In this document: piece after piece, positions 14,688 through 33,764 of the stretch | Numbering within the stretch: position 1 is the stretch's first letter | Layout of the letters: each line of letters begins with the position of its first letter | Source: the human T2T-CHM13v2.0 reference genome, Homo sapiens | Direction: 5' to 3' (one strand) | Assembly (NCBI RefSeq): GCF_009914755.1 | Contig: NC_060925.1 | Length of the DNA: 64,000 bases | Position numbers and translations under genes: made by a program | The notes under the pieces: generated by a model | Databases searched by the model: none | The model's input: the letters and a program-made list of their open reading frames with translations, nothing else | What the model was told of the DNA's origin: nothing

Positions 14688-15568
14688 GTAAGTGTTACTA
14701 AATTCAAGAAAGATTATTAATATAGAAGACAAACTCTCAACCAATATGAGCTATATTTATATGTTTAAACATGTTTTTTGACTGGTAATATTTTGTTCCT
14801 GTACCATTTATTTGTTCGTATGTTTATTTAAAATTTGTGTAGTGTTACCACATATTATATTACAATGTATACATATATATATAATTACATTATATAAGCA
14901 CTATGGCTTAAATAGTCCTTCAGTTTATAAAAGAACCAAGTGGATATTAAAGGTAGAAATAAACAATGATGTGATAAGCACCAGCAGCAATCTACAATTT
15001 GCCACTGATATTGCCTCTGAAATGGGACTCCAAACAATTTGTACATTTCCAGGCCAAAGCATACAACCCAAGTAGATTTATCTAAAATGAACTGCACACC
15101 TGTAATATGCCAGACACTTTACTATGTGCCAGTGGGACAAAATATGTATATGACCTTGTCAGTCTACTGGAGGAGCACTGACCATTGCTTTCCCCACTCC
15201 AGGTTGCACCTCATGTCAACACATCCACCATTAGTACATATATGATCCAGACTTTAAAAGAGATTTCTACTTCTGCTTCTACTTTACTGAATATTTGTGT
15301 GTTATTTTGGGGAGAGTACAGTGATTAGGCACCATTGGTTTCCTTCATGGGACTTTGAGGCCATTCCTAGGGCAGGTATTTGTCAGAGCACCTCTTAGCA
15401 GTAGTGGCTATATGGATCCTAGCTCTACTCTTGGATTCTTCTGGGATATTTTAATATCTTTTCAGTGGTTATCTATTTTCTGTCTGCATAGTGACCTATT
15501 CATACCTCCCCTATCCTGACCAATGGATTTTCTAAAATTGTGGAGCACAGTGGTGGGTGTAGCATGTG

Positions 15569-15929
15569 TGCTATGGTCTAAAGGTTTGTGTCCCTCCAAA
15601 ATCCATGTGTTGAAATTCTAACTCCCAAGGTGATGCTATTAGGAGGCAGGGGGCCTTGGGGAGTTGATTAGGTCATGAGGGTAGAGCCCTCATTAATGGC
15701 ATTAGTGCCCTGAAAAAGGAGCTCAAGAGAAATTCCTCACCCCTTCCACCATGTGAGGACAAAGAATGTGCCCATCTGTCAACCACGAAGATAGCACCCC
15801 CAGACAAGGAATCTGCTAGTGCCATGATCTTGGACTTCCAAACCTCCAGAACTGTGAGAAATAAATGTCTATAGTTTATAAGCTACCCAGTCTAAGGCTT
15901 TTTGTTACAGCAGCCCAAATGGACTAACA
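15569..15929 (+). mobile_element. MLT1A-like MaLR solo LTR
   Basis: tgctatggtctaaaggtttgtgtccctccaaaatcc...ccagaactgtgagaaataaatg...cagcccaaatggactaaca. Confidence 0.8.
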
Positions 15930-16384
15930 CCCTGTGGAAAGAGGAGTAAATGGGTTCCAAATATAGTATACTTTAAACTCTGTTTGATTATTTCTTCAAA
16001 GAACATCTGTTTCCCTTTGCTATTCCCCAAGGGCAATATATCTAAAAAATATTCTGGGGTAGAAGGGCAAACTTACAAATCATATTATTATGCAAAAGGT
16101 AAAATTATAGCTGTTTCTCCTAAGCAAATTGTAAGGGTTAATTATCTAATTCAACAATCTAAGAATGTCTAAACAATGCTTAAAGCATTATTAAGTATAC
16201 TGTATAAATATTTATTCATATTCAGTTATACCAGGGACTACATATAAACACATTCACTCTAGTGTTTTCTAGGATATCTTTCCTCTTAGAAAATATGTCC
16301 TAAGTAAAATAGAAAATTAGCAAGATTGTAATGAAAGATGACGGACATTAGTCTCAGTTACATTAAAAATATTTTTCTCTCCAG

Positions 16385-16593
16385 ATTTTGATTGGCAGTG
16401 GATTATCCTAGATGGCCCAGTGGACACCTTTTGGGTAGAAAATCTGAACTCTGTGCTAGATGATACTAGAACATTGTGCCTAGCAAACAGTGAGAGAATA
16501 GCTTTAACTAATAAAATAAGAGTGATTTTTGAAGTGGACAATCTCTCTCAGGCCAGTCCTGCTACTGTCAGCCGATGTGCCATGGTCTATATG
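16385..16593 (+). CDS. DNAH14: Dynein heavy chain exon C (209 nt, phase 1-0): [69 protein letters not shown]
   Basis: Acceptor tttttctctccag|AT, donor ATG|gtaagc; AAA2 Walker B (DGPVD), WxENxNxVLDD, pre-sensor-I insert, ASPATVSRC arginine-finger motif. Confidence 0.93.
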
Positions 16594-16981
16594 GTAAGCT
16601 TTCAAAAACAAATGTTTTAACAAAGCAAAAATGTTGTTTATGATAGTAACTATTTATTATTTACAGCATTTTATGTTTATTTTATTTTTACCTTTGTATC
16701 CAGCAGCATGAACTCAATAGTTTCAAATCTTTGTGTCTCCCAAAGCCTCATAATCCACAATTGAATGTGAATTTAATTATTACTGTTTTAATACTACTCT
16801 TAGTAATTGGAGTGTCAGTATTTTCCACAACTGTGGGTAAACAAATAGACAGGTTAGGCTGCTGATGTGAATTATTTTTTCAATAGAGGAAGATGGTCCT
16901 GAGGCCTTTTCATACTCACTCTGACTCTTAAGAACTTGGGAAACACACTATGAAGACAGTGGGAGGGAAGTACAAAATATA

Positions 16982-17036
16982 ACATGAAGTTATTAGCTAT
17001 AGTCTCTATTCTCTATACATGAAGTTATTAGCTATA
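16982..17036. repeat. 20-bp direct repeat acatgaagttattagctata x2 with 15-bp spacer
   Basis: Identical copies at 16982-17001 and 17017-17036. Confidence 0.85.
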
Positions 17037-17381
17037 ATTAACCCTATGCTCTAATCTACTTAACTGAATGTTATGAATAAATCTAAGTATAGGGCTGACT
17101 TCTGGGTAAGCAGTACCCCTCACCACATACACATAGCCTCAATACACCTTCCTACACATAATACCCCAATTGTTTTCTTGTAAGACCATAGATAGAAGTC
17201 ACAAATCATTCCAGAGAATGTTAATTCCTTAAGCTACTTTGATCATTTGCCCTTTAATGAATGACAATTCTAAGTCATATTTATGAGAGGGCAGTGGTGA
17301 AGTAAAAAGAGAGTAAGATAGTAGAAGGATACCATATTTTTATTTATTTACATAAGATTATATTTTGCTCCTTATTATTAG

Positions 17382-17634
17382 GATCCTGTTGATCTGGGAT
17401 GGGAACCTTATGTTAAGTCATGGCTTCTGAAAACTTCTAAAATTATAAGTCAATCAGGAGTGGATTGTCTTGAATTCATGATTAAAAATAGTGTCACAGA
17501 CGGACTACAATTTATAAGGAATCGTCAGAAATTTCAGCCATATCCTATGGAGGACATAACAGTCGTCATAACCCTCTGCAGAATTCTTGATGCTTTCTTT
17601 GACTTCATGGGTAAAAATGGAGGATTTGAACAAA
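17382..17634 (+). CDS. DNAH14: Dynein heavy chain exon D (253 nt, phase 0-1): DPVDLGWEPYVKSWLLK...GKNGGFEQ
   Basis: Acceptor cttattattag|GAT, donor CAAA|gtgagt; continues MVYM-DPxDLGWxPYVxSW typical of axonemal dyneins. Confidence 0.92.
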
Positions 17635-18124
17635 GTGAGTTTTTTTCTCTAAGTCATATCAATGATATATCTTAGCTAGTCAATGCTAATTCATCACCGT
17701 CTATTAGATTTTAGAAAATTTTTCAAAGAGCAGGCATTTTTAGTCTATTTGGACCAACAGCAGATATGCACATGGAACAAATTAAAAACCATTTATAGAG
17801 GAACATATCAAAAGTAAATTAGTATCATACAAGTGTTGAAGGATCACAGGAAAAATGATTGTAAAGAACCACTAGAGGGTCTCTATTAAAGAAGAATGTT
17901 TTCGCGTATTTTAAAGATTCTCTGAGTTAGAAATAGTGAAAAAAGCCTGTTCAGAATTCCAGGTGTAAGTTGTAATCACACAAAGGCGTAATCATGAAAA
18001 GTAGTAAAACATATGTAAGGAGGGATAAACAGATTCAGAAAATCATGTAGTATTATAGATAAGATATTGGTATTGTCTCTGAAGTCAGAATCCCTACATT
18101 CAAATACTGGTTTTATGCAGTTTT

Positions 18125-20140
18125 TGGTAAGATGGCAGATTAGCACAGGCTCCCAATTCTCTCTCTGAAACCAGTTTTGGATTCATCAAACCAATATAGA
18201 AATCATTATAAATCCCTGAGGTGACGTAAGATGGTTAGATCCCAACAAGAGGAAGCAGCAACACTGAACAACCCTGGACGCCATGAATAGGAGATAAAGT
18301 GGAAGAAAATATTTAGGTGTGTACTTTCCCCATCAACTCAACTCTGAATGGGCTATTGTCCATCCTTTGCCAGTTAGTACACCACAGCACAGCTAGGGGC
18401 AACAACAAAATGTCCTATTGGCAGGGAAGCCTAACTGGGTTAGGGAGTAGGTAAAAACATATTTTCTCCTACTGCCACCCCCCTTCAAATCTTAAACCAA
18501 GATGATTAAAAAAGAGAGACCACACTTAGAACAGTGCCAGAGTGGATACAGATTGTTAACACACAAGTGACCTGCTTTGAAGAGTGACCACACACAAGTG
18601 ACCTGCTTTGAAGAGTGACCACTCCCTCCCCAGATTCACACTTCTGAATTCATCAGAAGTGTAACCCAGGAAAGTTGCAGTACTGGAAACAAAGCAAAAA
18701 GAATCAGTTAAAAAAAAACAACAACTGGAGGTTAGAAGTAAAAAAAAATGTATTAGTTAAAATAACATAATAAATGGGTTGAATGCTGGATTGGTTAGCT
18801 GTATAACAGATTAGTGAGAGCCATAACAACAGTCAAGGAACTCTCAGAATGCATCAGGAAGAGCTAAAGAGGTTAAATATTATGTATTTTAAATATACAA
18901 CAAATATGTTTCTATAATACAGAAATATGTGTATATAGTTGAAAGATGAATAAAAATTGAAAGGTTAACATTCATATAACAGAACCTCCAGAAAGATATA
19001 GTAAAAATAAATAGAGGGGAAGAAATGTTTCAGGAAATAATTGCCTAGGAGTTCAGAGAATTAGAGAAAATATGAGACCTAAGATTGAATAGGATCCTGG
19101 AGTATTTAAACATGACAAAAAGTAAAAACCCACACCTAGAAATGTTAGATAGATAAATTTTCCTACACCTCTTGGATGTTCTGTTCTTTTTTGTTTGTTT
19201 TCTTTATTCTCTTTGTGTTTCTGTTTGGTTGATTTCTATTGACTTGTCCTCCAATTTACTGATTCCTTGCTCTGCTACATGCAGTCTGCTGTAAGCCCAT
19301 TGAAAGAATTCTCATATTTGATATTGTGGTTTTTATTTCCAGCATTTCCATTGACCTTCTTATAGTTTTCATCTCTCTTCTGGAATTCCCTCTCTGTCCA
19401 TGAATGATTTCTTCCTTCAACATTAGATCTTTTACATTTTAATCATAGTTTTTTAAAAAAATTCCTGACTGATAATTTCAACATCTGGCCATCTCTGGGT
19501 CTGTTCTTTTGACTGCTTTATCTCTTGGCAACATGACTTTTCTTAATCTTTCTTATTTTTATGTCTCATAATTTTTAATTGAATACCAGATATTGTGTAT
19601 AAAAGAAATTAGAGACTGAGGTATACAGTAGTTATACCTGGAAATGGGCATACTTTTTCTTCTGCCACATTGTTCAGGTAGTGGCACAGTGGGTTGAGTC
19701 AATATTGACCTAGATTTGGCTGTTAGTGTTACTATAGTTACCTTCAGTGCACCACAGACTTTAAATTTTCCATGCTCCTGTACCTTTCCTGGCAATAGAT
19801 TGCTGTTGTTTGTTACTTGGTTCAAGGTTCATGGTGGGAACAGGGGAGATTTACAGGTTCTCATGTTATAGCCTCATTTTAAGGCAGGGTCTGTGCACCT
19901 GAGCCTCAGGCATGGTGTTTCTCAGCAAAGAAACAATTTATTGTGAATAGCTACATTCAATATCAATTTATGAATAATACCTAAGATTAAAGAACGATTC
20001 TAAGAAATTTCAGAGGATAAAGACAACAATAACAAGAGAAGATGAACGCAAGATTTGTTAATATCAATATGGTTCAAGAAGAAATGAAGTAGTATTTTTA
20101 AAGTGTTTTATATTTAGCTAATATATGATTTAAGCATGAG
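18125..20140. mobile_element. Old L1M 5'/ORF1 fragments, mixed orientation (antisense block ~19160-19930)
   Basis: aagatggcag start-like motif; A-rich ORF1-like stretches flanking a T-rich antisense ORF1-like block; very decayed, boundaries approximate. Confidence 0.45.
18559..18620. repeat. Perfect 31-bp tandem duplication
   Basis: acacacaagtgacctgctttgaagagtgacc at 18559-18589 and 18590-18620. Confidence 0.95.
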
Positions 20141-22289
20141 AAGTGCCAGTCTGCAGGTCCCAGCGAGATCAACGCAGAAGGTGGGTGATTTCTGCATTTC
20201 CAACTGAGGTACCCAGCTCATCTCAATAGGACTGGTTAGACAGTGAGTGTAGCCCACAAAGGGCGAGCAGAAGCAGGGTGGGGCATCACCTCACAAGGGA
20301 AGTACAATGGGTCAGGGAACTCCCTCCCCTAGCCAAGAGAAGTTGTGAGGGACAATGCCATGAGGAACAGTGCATTCTGGCCCAGATACTATGCTTTTCC
20401 CATGGTCTTCGCAACCTGCAGACCAGGAGATTCCCTTGGGTGCCTACACCACAAGGGCCTTGGGTTTCAAGCACGAAACTGGGTGGCTATTACGGCAGAC
20501 ACCGAGCTAGCTGCAGGAGTTTTTCTTCGTACCCCAGTGGGGTACTTACTGGCCTGTAATGCCAGTAAGACAGAATCATTCACTGCCCTGGAAAGGAGGC
20601 TGAAACCAGAAAGCCACGTGGTCTAGTTCAGCAGATCCCAACCCCAGGGAGCCCAGCAAGCTAAGATCCAATGGCTTGAAATTCTTGCTGCCAGCACAGC
20701 AGTATGAAGTTTACCTGGGACTCTCGAGCTTGGTATGGGGAAGGGCATCCACCATTACAGAGGCTTGAATAGGCAGTTTTCCCCTCACTGTGTAAACAAA
20801 GGAACTGGGAAGTTCAAACTAGGCAGAGCCCAACACAGCACCGCAAAGCCACTGTATCCAGACTGCCTCTCTAGATTCCTCCTCTCTGGGCAGGGCATTT
20901 CTGAAAGAAAGGCAGCAGCCCAAGTCAGGGGCTTATAGATAAAACTCCCATCTGCCTGGGACAGAGCACCTGGGGGAAGGGTTGGCTGCTGCTTCAGCAG
21001 ACTTAAACATTCCTTCTGCTGTCTCAGAAGAGAGCAGTGGCTCTTCCAGCACAGTGCTCGAGCTCTGCTAAAGGACAGACTGCCTCAAGTGGGTCCCTGA
21101 CCCCCGAGCCTCCTGACTGGGATAAACCTCCCAGCAGGGGCCAACAAACACCTCATACAGGAGAGCCCCAGCTGGCATCTGGTGGGTGCCCCTGTGGGAT
21201 GAAGCTTACAGAGGAAGGAGCAGGCAGCAATCTTTGCTGTTCTGCAACCTCCGCTGCTGATACCCAGGCAAACAGGATCTGGAGTGGACCTCTAGCAAAC
21301 TCCAACAGACCTGCAGCAAAGAGTCCTGACTATTAGAAGGAAAACTAACAAACAGAAAGGAAGAGCATCAACATCAACAGAAAGTAAGTCCACACAGAAG
21401 CCTCATCTGAAGGTCACCAGCATCAAAGACCAAAGGTAGATAAATCCATGAAGATGAGGAAAAACCAGCACACCAAGGCTGAAAATTCCAAAAACCAGAA
21501 TGCCTCTTCTCCTCCAAAGGATTACAATTCCTCGCCAGGAAGGCAACAAAACTGAATGGAGAATGAGTTTGATGAACTGACAGAAGTAGGCTTCAGAAGG
21601 TGGGTAATAACAAACTCCTCTGAGCTACAGGAGCATGTTCCAACCCAATGCCAGTAAGCTAAGAACCTTGAAAAATGGTTAGAGGAATTGATAAGTAGAC
21701 TAACCAGTTTAGAGAAGAAAATAAATGACCTGTTGGAGCTGAAAAACACAGCAAGAGAACTTCATGAAGCATACACATGTATCAATAACTGAATAGATCA
21801 ATCAGAAGAAAGAATATCAGAGATTAAAGATCAATTTGATGAAATAATGCATTAGGATTAGAGAAAAAAGAATGAAAAGGAATGAACAAAGCCTCCAAGA
21901 AATATGGAACTATGTGAAAAGACCAAACCTACATTTGATTGGTGTACCTGAAAGTGGTGGGGAGAATAGAACCAAGCTGGAAAACACTCTTCAAGATATC
22001 CAGAAGAACTTCCCCAACCTAGCAAGCCAGGCCAAAATTCAAATTCAAGAAATACAGAGAACAATAAAAAGACTCCTCAAGAAGAGAAACCCCAAGACAC
22101 ATAATTGTCAGATTCACCAAGGTTGAAATGAAAAAAAATCTTAAGGGCAACCAGAGAGAAAGGTTGGGTTACCCACAAAGGGAAGCCCATCAGACTAACA
22201 GTATATCTCTCTGCAGAAACCCTACAAGCCAGAAGAGAGTGGGGGCCAATATTCAACATTCTTAAAGGAAAGAATTTTCAACCCAGAAT

Positions 22290-28441
<6,152 letters not shown>

Positions 28442-30816
28442 CAACCCAGAATTTAATATCCAGCCAAACTAAGCTTCATAAGCAAAGGAGAAACAAAATC
28501 CTTTATAGACAAGCAAATGCTGAGAGATTTGGTCATCACCAGGCCTGCCTTACAAGAGCTCCTGAAGGAAGCACTAAATATGGAAAGGGAAAACTAGTAC
28601 CAGCCACTCCAAAAACATACCAAATTGTAAAGATCATCAACACTATGAAGAAACTAATCAACTAGTGGGTAAAATAACCAGCTAGCATTATAATGACAGG
28701 GTCAAATTTACACATAACAATATTAACCTTAAATGTAAATGGGCTAAATGCCCCAGTTGAAAGACACAGACTGGCTCATTGGATAAAGAGTCAAGACCCA
28801 TCAGTGTGCTGTATTCAGGAGACCCATCTCATGTACAAAGACACACATAGGCTCAAAATAAAGGGATAGAAGAAGATCTACCAAGCAAATGGAAACCAAA
28901 AAAAAAAAAAGCAGGGGTTGCAATCCTTGTCTCTGGTAAAACAGACTTTTAACCAACAAAGCTCCAAAGAGACAAAGAAGGGCATTACATAATGGTAAAG
29001 GGATCAATGCAACAAGAAGAGCTAACAATCCTAAATATGTATGCATCCAATACAGGAGAATACAAGATTCATAAAGCAAGTTCTTAGAGACCGACAAACA
29101 GACTTAGACTCCCACACAATAATAATGGGAGACTTTAACACCCCACAGTCAATATTAGATCAACAAGACAGAAAATTCACAAGGATATCCAGGACTTGAA
29201 CTCAGCTCTGGACCAAGTAGGCCTAATACACATCTACAGAACTCTCCACCCTAAATCTACAGAATATACATTCTTCTCAGCACCACATCACACTTTTTCT
29301 AAAATTGACCACATAATTTGAAGTAATGCACTCCTCAGCAAATGCAAAAAATGGAAATCATAACAGTCTCTCAGACCACAGTGCAATCAAGTTAGAACTC
29401 AGGATTAACGAACTCACTCAAAACCACACAACTACATGGAAACTGAACAACCTGCTTCTGAACGACTACTGGGTAAATAACGAAATTATTAGCTAGGTAA
29501 ATAACAGAAATGACTAAGTTTTTAAAATGAATGAGAACAAAGACACAGCCTACCAGAATCACTGGGACACAGCTAAAGCAGTGTTTAGAGGGAAATGTAT
29601 ATCACTAAATGCCCACGTCAGAAAGCAGGAAAGATCTAAAATCAACACCCTAACATTACAATTAAAAGAACTAGAGAAGCAAGAGCAAACAAATTCAAAG
29701 GCTATCAGAAGACAAGAAATAACTAAGATCAGAGCAGAACTGAAGGAAATAGAGACAGGAGAAACCCTTCAAAAAAATCAGTGAATCCAGGAGCTGGTTT
29801 AAAAAAAAAAAAATAGACAGCTAGCCAGAATAATATAGAAGAAAAGAGACAAGAATCAAATAGACACAATAAAAAATGATAAAGGAGAGATCACCACTGA
29901 TCCCACAGTAATACAAGCTACCATCAGAGAATACTATAAACACCTCTATGCAAATAAACTAGAAAATCTAAAAGAAATGGATAAATTCCTGGAGACATAC
30001 GCTCTTCCAAGACTAAACCAGGAAGAAGTTGAATCCCTGAATAGACCAATAAAAAGTTCTGAAATTGAGACAGTAATCCATAGCCTACCAACCAAAAAAA
30101 GCCCAGGACCAGACAGATTAACATCTGAATTCTACCAGAGGTACAAAGAGGAGCTAGAACCATTTTTTTCTGAAATTATTCCAAACAATAGAAAATAGGG
30201 ACTCCTCTATAACTCATTTTATGAAGCCAGCATCATCCTGGTACCAAAACCTGGCAGAGATGCAGAAAAAAAGAAAATTTCAGGCCAGTATCCCTGATGA
30301 ACATCAATGTGAAAATCCTCAATAAAATACTGGCAAACTGAATCCACCAGCACATCAGAAAGCTTATCTACAATGATCAAGTCAGCTTCATCTCTGGGAT
30401 GCAAGGCTGGTTCAACATATGCAAATCAATAAACATAATACATCACATAAGCAGAACCAATGTCGAAAATCATGTGATTATCTCAATAGATGCAGAAAAG
30501 GCCTTCGATATAATTCAACACACCTTTATGCTAAAAACACTCAATAAACTAGATATTGATAGAACATATCTCAAAATAATAAGAGCTATTTATGACAAAC
30601 CCACAGCCAATGTCATACTGAATGAGCAAAAGCTGGAAGCATTCCCCTTGAAAACTGGCACAAGACAAGAATGCCCAGTCTCACCACTCCTAATCAACAT
30701 AGTATTGGAAGTTCTGGCCTGGGCAATCAGGCAAGAGAAAGAAATAAACTGTATTCAAATAGGAAGAGAGGATGTCAAATTGCCTCTGTTCGCAAATGAC
30801 ATGATTGTACATTTAG

Positions 30817-30945
<129 letters not shown>

Positions 30946-32073
30946 TGAGTGAACTCTTATTGACAATTGCTACAAAGAAAATAAAATACCTAGGAATACA
31001 ACTTACAAGGGATGTGATGGACCTCTTCAAGGAGAACTACACACCACTGCTCAAGGAAATAAGAGAGGATATAAACAAATGGAAAAATATTCCATGCTCA
31101 TGGATAGGAAGAATCAATATCGTGAAAATGGCCATACTGCCCAAAATAATTTATAGATTCAATGCTATTCCCATCAAGCTACAATTGATTTTCTTCACAG
31201 AATTAGAAAAAAACTACTTTAAATTTCACATGAAACCAAAAATGAGCCTGTATAGCCAAGAGAGTCCTAAGCAAAAAGAGCAAAGCTGGAGGCATCACAC
31301 TGCCTTACTTCAAACTGTACTACAAGGCTTACAGTAACAAAAACAGCATGGTACTGGTACCAAAACAGATATATAGACCAATGGGACAGAACAGAAGCCT
31401 CAGAAATAACACCACACATCTACAACCAGCTGATCTTCGAGAAACTTGACAAAAACAAGCAATGGGGAAAGGATTCTCTATTTAATAAATGATGTTGGGA
31501 AAACTGGCTACACATATGCAGAAAACTGAAACTGGACCCATACCTTACACCTTATACAAAAATTAACTCAAGATGGATTAAAAACTTAAACGTCAGACCT
31601 AAAAAACATAAAAAACCCTAGAAGAAAACCTAAGCAATACCATTCAGGACATAGGCATGGGCAAAGACTTCACAACTAAGACACCAAAAGCAATGGCAAC
31701 AAAAGCCAAAATTGACAAATAGTATCTAATTAAACCAAAGACCTTCTGCACAGCAAAAGAAACTATCATCAGAGTCAACAGGCAACCTACAGATTGGGAG
31801 AAAACATTTGCAATCTGTGCCTCTGACAAAGGGCTAATATCCAGAATCCACAAGGAACTTAAACAAATTTACAAGAAAAAGAAAACCATCAAAAAGCAGG
31901 TAAAGGATATGAACAGACACTTTTGAAAAGAAGACATTTATGCAGCCAACAAACATGAAAAAAAGCTCATCTTCACTGGTCATTAGAAAAATGCAAATCA
32001 AAACCACAATGAGATACCATCTCATGCCAGTTAGAATAGTGACCACTAAAAAGTCAGGAAACAACAGATGCTG

Positions 32074-32543
32074 TGTAGGAGATCAGTCAGGGTGATGGGA
32101 GAAATTATAAGGAAAGATGCAAACCTTCTTGGAAGGCCAGGAGGTTTTGCAAAGCTTCAGGGAAGAATGAACTGAAGGCAGCTGTTCTTACCCAGGGTCA
32201 AAGGGCATAGGTATAAAGGAATGTAGAGGAGTTACTCTAAATAGGTTGTTTACTGATGTTGTCCTAAAACAGACCTTTGATCGTTTGCACACAGGACTGC
32301 TCTCAATTCAGGGGGTCAACTATGTTTATTACCCACAAATTGTGTTTGCTCCAAGCCTTTGTCATTAAATCTGTACTGAAAAAATGCAATTATTGCCAGC
32401 TTATCGGGGCTCACTCTCTCGGCTACTGGACTCTTTTTGGTGGTGCTGAGCTGTGTGGTCCCCTAGCCACGCTGTCAGGCAACCTGTGTCAGCATACTTC
32501 TTTCATCTGTCACTCAGCCAGAGTTTGCAGGACAGACTTGGCA
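32074..32543 (+). repeat. 5' LTR (LTR22 family), 470 bp
   Basis: tgtaggagatcagtcagggtg...gacagacttggca; aligns end to end with 39212-39685. Confidence 0.9.
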
Positions 32544-32545
32544 GG

Positions 32546-32563
32546 TGGTGCCTCGTGTGAGGA
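32546..32563 (+). promoter_or_regulatory. Primer binding site for elongator tRNA-Met
   Basis: tggtgcctcgtgtgagga vs complement of tRNA-Met(e) 3' end TGGTGCCCCGTGTGAGGA (17/18); a Met PBS is diagnostic of HML-5. Confidence 0.88.
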
Positions 32564-32690
32564 ACACTGCAATGGATCATGTTGGAACCCTCAAAAATGA
32601 AGGTAAAGAGACTGCGCTGTCAGTAAGTCAGTAAGTCATTGGTGCCCGCTTGGGATATCCAAGTTTGAGGGAATTGTTCAGGCTTTCATC

Positions 32691-33742
32691 ATGGGACAAC
32701 AGTTATCAGCTCAACAGCAACAGTATATAAATGTACTGAAACAGCTGTGTCTGGAGTTGGTTTCTTCCAGTGGGTTCATGGTCTCGCTGACTTCAAGAAT
32801 GAAGCCGTGGACCTTCACAGTAAGTGTTACAGCCCTTAAAGGTGGCACGGACCCAAAGAGTGACCAGCAGCAAGATTTATTTTGAAGAGTGAAAGCTTCC
32901 ACAACATGGAAGGGGACCCAAGAGGGTTGCCGCTGCTGGCTGGGGTTGCCAGCTTTTATTCCCTTATTTGTCCCTGCCCATGTCCTGCTGATTGGTCCAT
33001 TTTACAGAGTGCTGATTGGTCCATGTTACAAACCTCTAGCTAGCCACAGAGCACTGATTGGTGCATTTTTACAGAACACTGGTGCATTTTACAAACCTCT
33101 AACTAGCCACAGAAAAGTTCTTCAAGCCCCCACCCGACCCAGAAATCCAGCTGGCTTTGCCTCTCACAGCCGCTTAAAGCTGGCGGATCCTCGGTTTTGC
33201 AGGCTCAATTAAGGGACCTAATGCAAACTGTTGTGTCCCATAACCCATGGTTCCCAGAAGAGGGTACACTAGACATAGAGCTCTGGGAACAAGTGGGGAG
33301 AAATTTTAAACAAGATCATGCACAAGGGCAATGGGTCCCAGTAACATCTCTGATATTATGGGCTTTACTTAGGGCTGCTTTGCTCAATTCTACACAGAAG
33401 AGCCTAAAAAGGGAAGGGAGGAGGAATCATCACCTACCTTACCACCTCCTCCTTCTCCTTCAGCCCAGCCATTACCAGGCAAAAATAACAAAGAGAAAAC
33501 AGAGGTTTTGCCTGAGCCCCCTCCTCCTGTAAATTGGAAAAAAGAAAAGGGATACACTACAGCTATGGGACCCTGTCTTAGGCAAGCGACATTAGAAGGG
33601 GAGCTCTTAGCCTGCCCGGTAATGCAAGATCGACAAAACAATCAGGTATACAAACCCATTTCTTTTGACACTTATAAAGAGATAAGAAAAAGCATTAAAG
33701 AAAATGGAGCCACTAGCCCATTTACCAAAGGGTTAATTGAGG
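32691..33742 (+). pseudogene. gag: HML-5 gag remnant (MA through start of CA), interrupted by LTR12 and truncated by deletion
   Basis: Removing LTR12 and one TSD restores MGQQLSAQQQQYINVLKQPLKAGGSSVLQAQLRDLMQTVVSHNPWFPEEGTLDIELWEQVG (betaretroviral MA, PWFP..GT motif); later KSIKENGATSPFTKGLIE (CA N-terminus). Confidence 0.85.
32746..33166 (-). mobile_element. LTR12-family (ERV9; short LTR12/LTR12F-like) solo LTR, 421 bp, in HML-5 gag
   Basis: tgtgtctggagttggtttcttcc...ggtctcgctgacttcaagaatgaagccg...repeated ctgattgg...gcctctca; 4-bp TSD cagc (32742-32745, 33167-33170). Confidence 0.87.
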
Positions 33743-33764
33743 TCACTTTGCAGACCTCTTTCTA

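Noticed and set aside
16982-17036. 20-bp repeat - spacer - repeat resembling a mini CRISPR
   Set aside because: Only two copies, eukaryotic intron, no cas genes; a local duplication.
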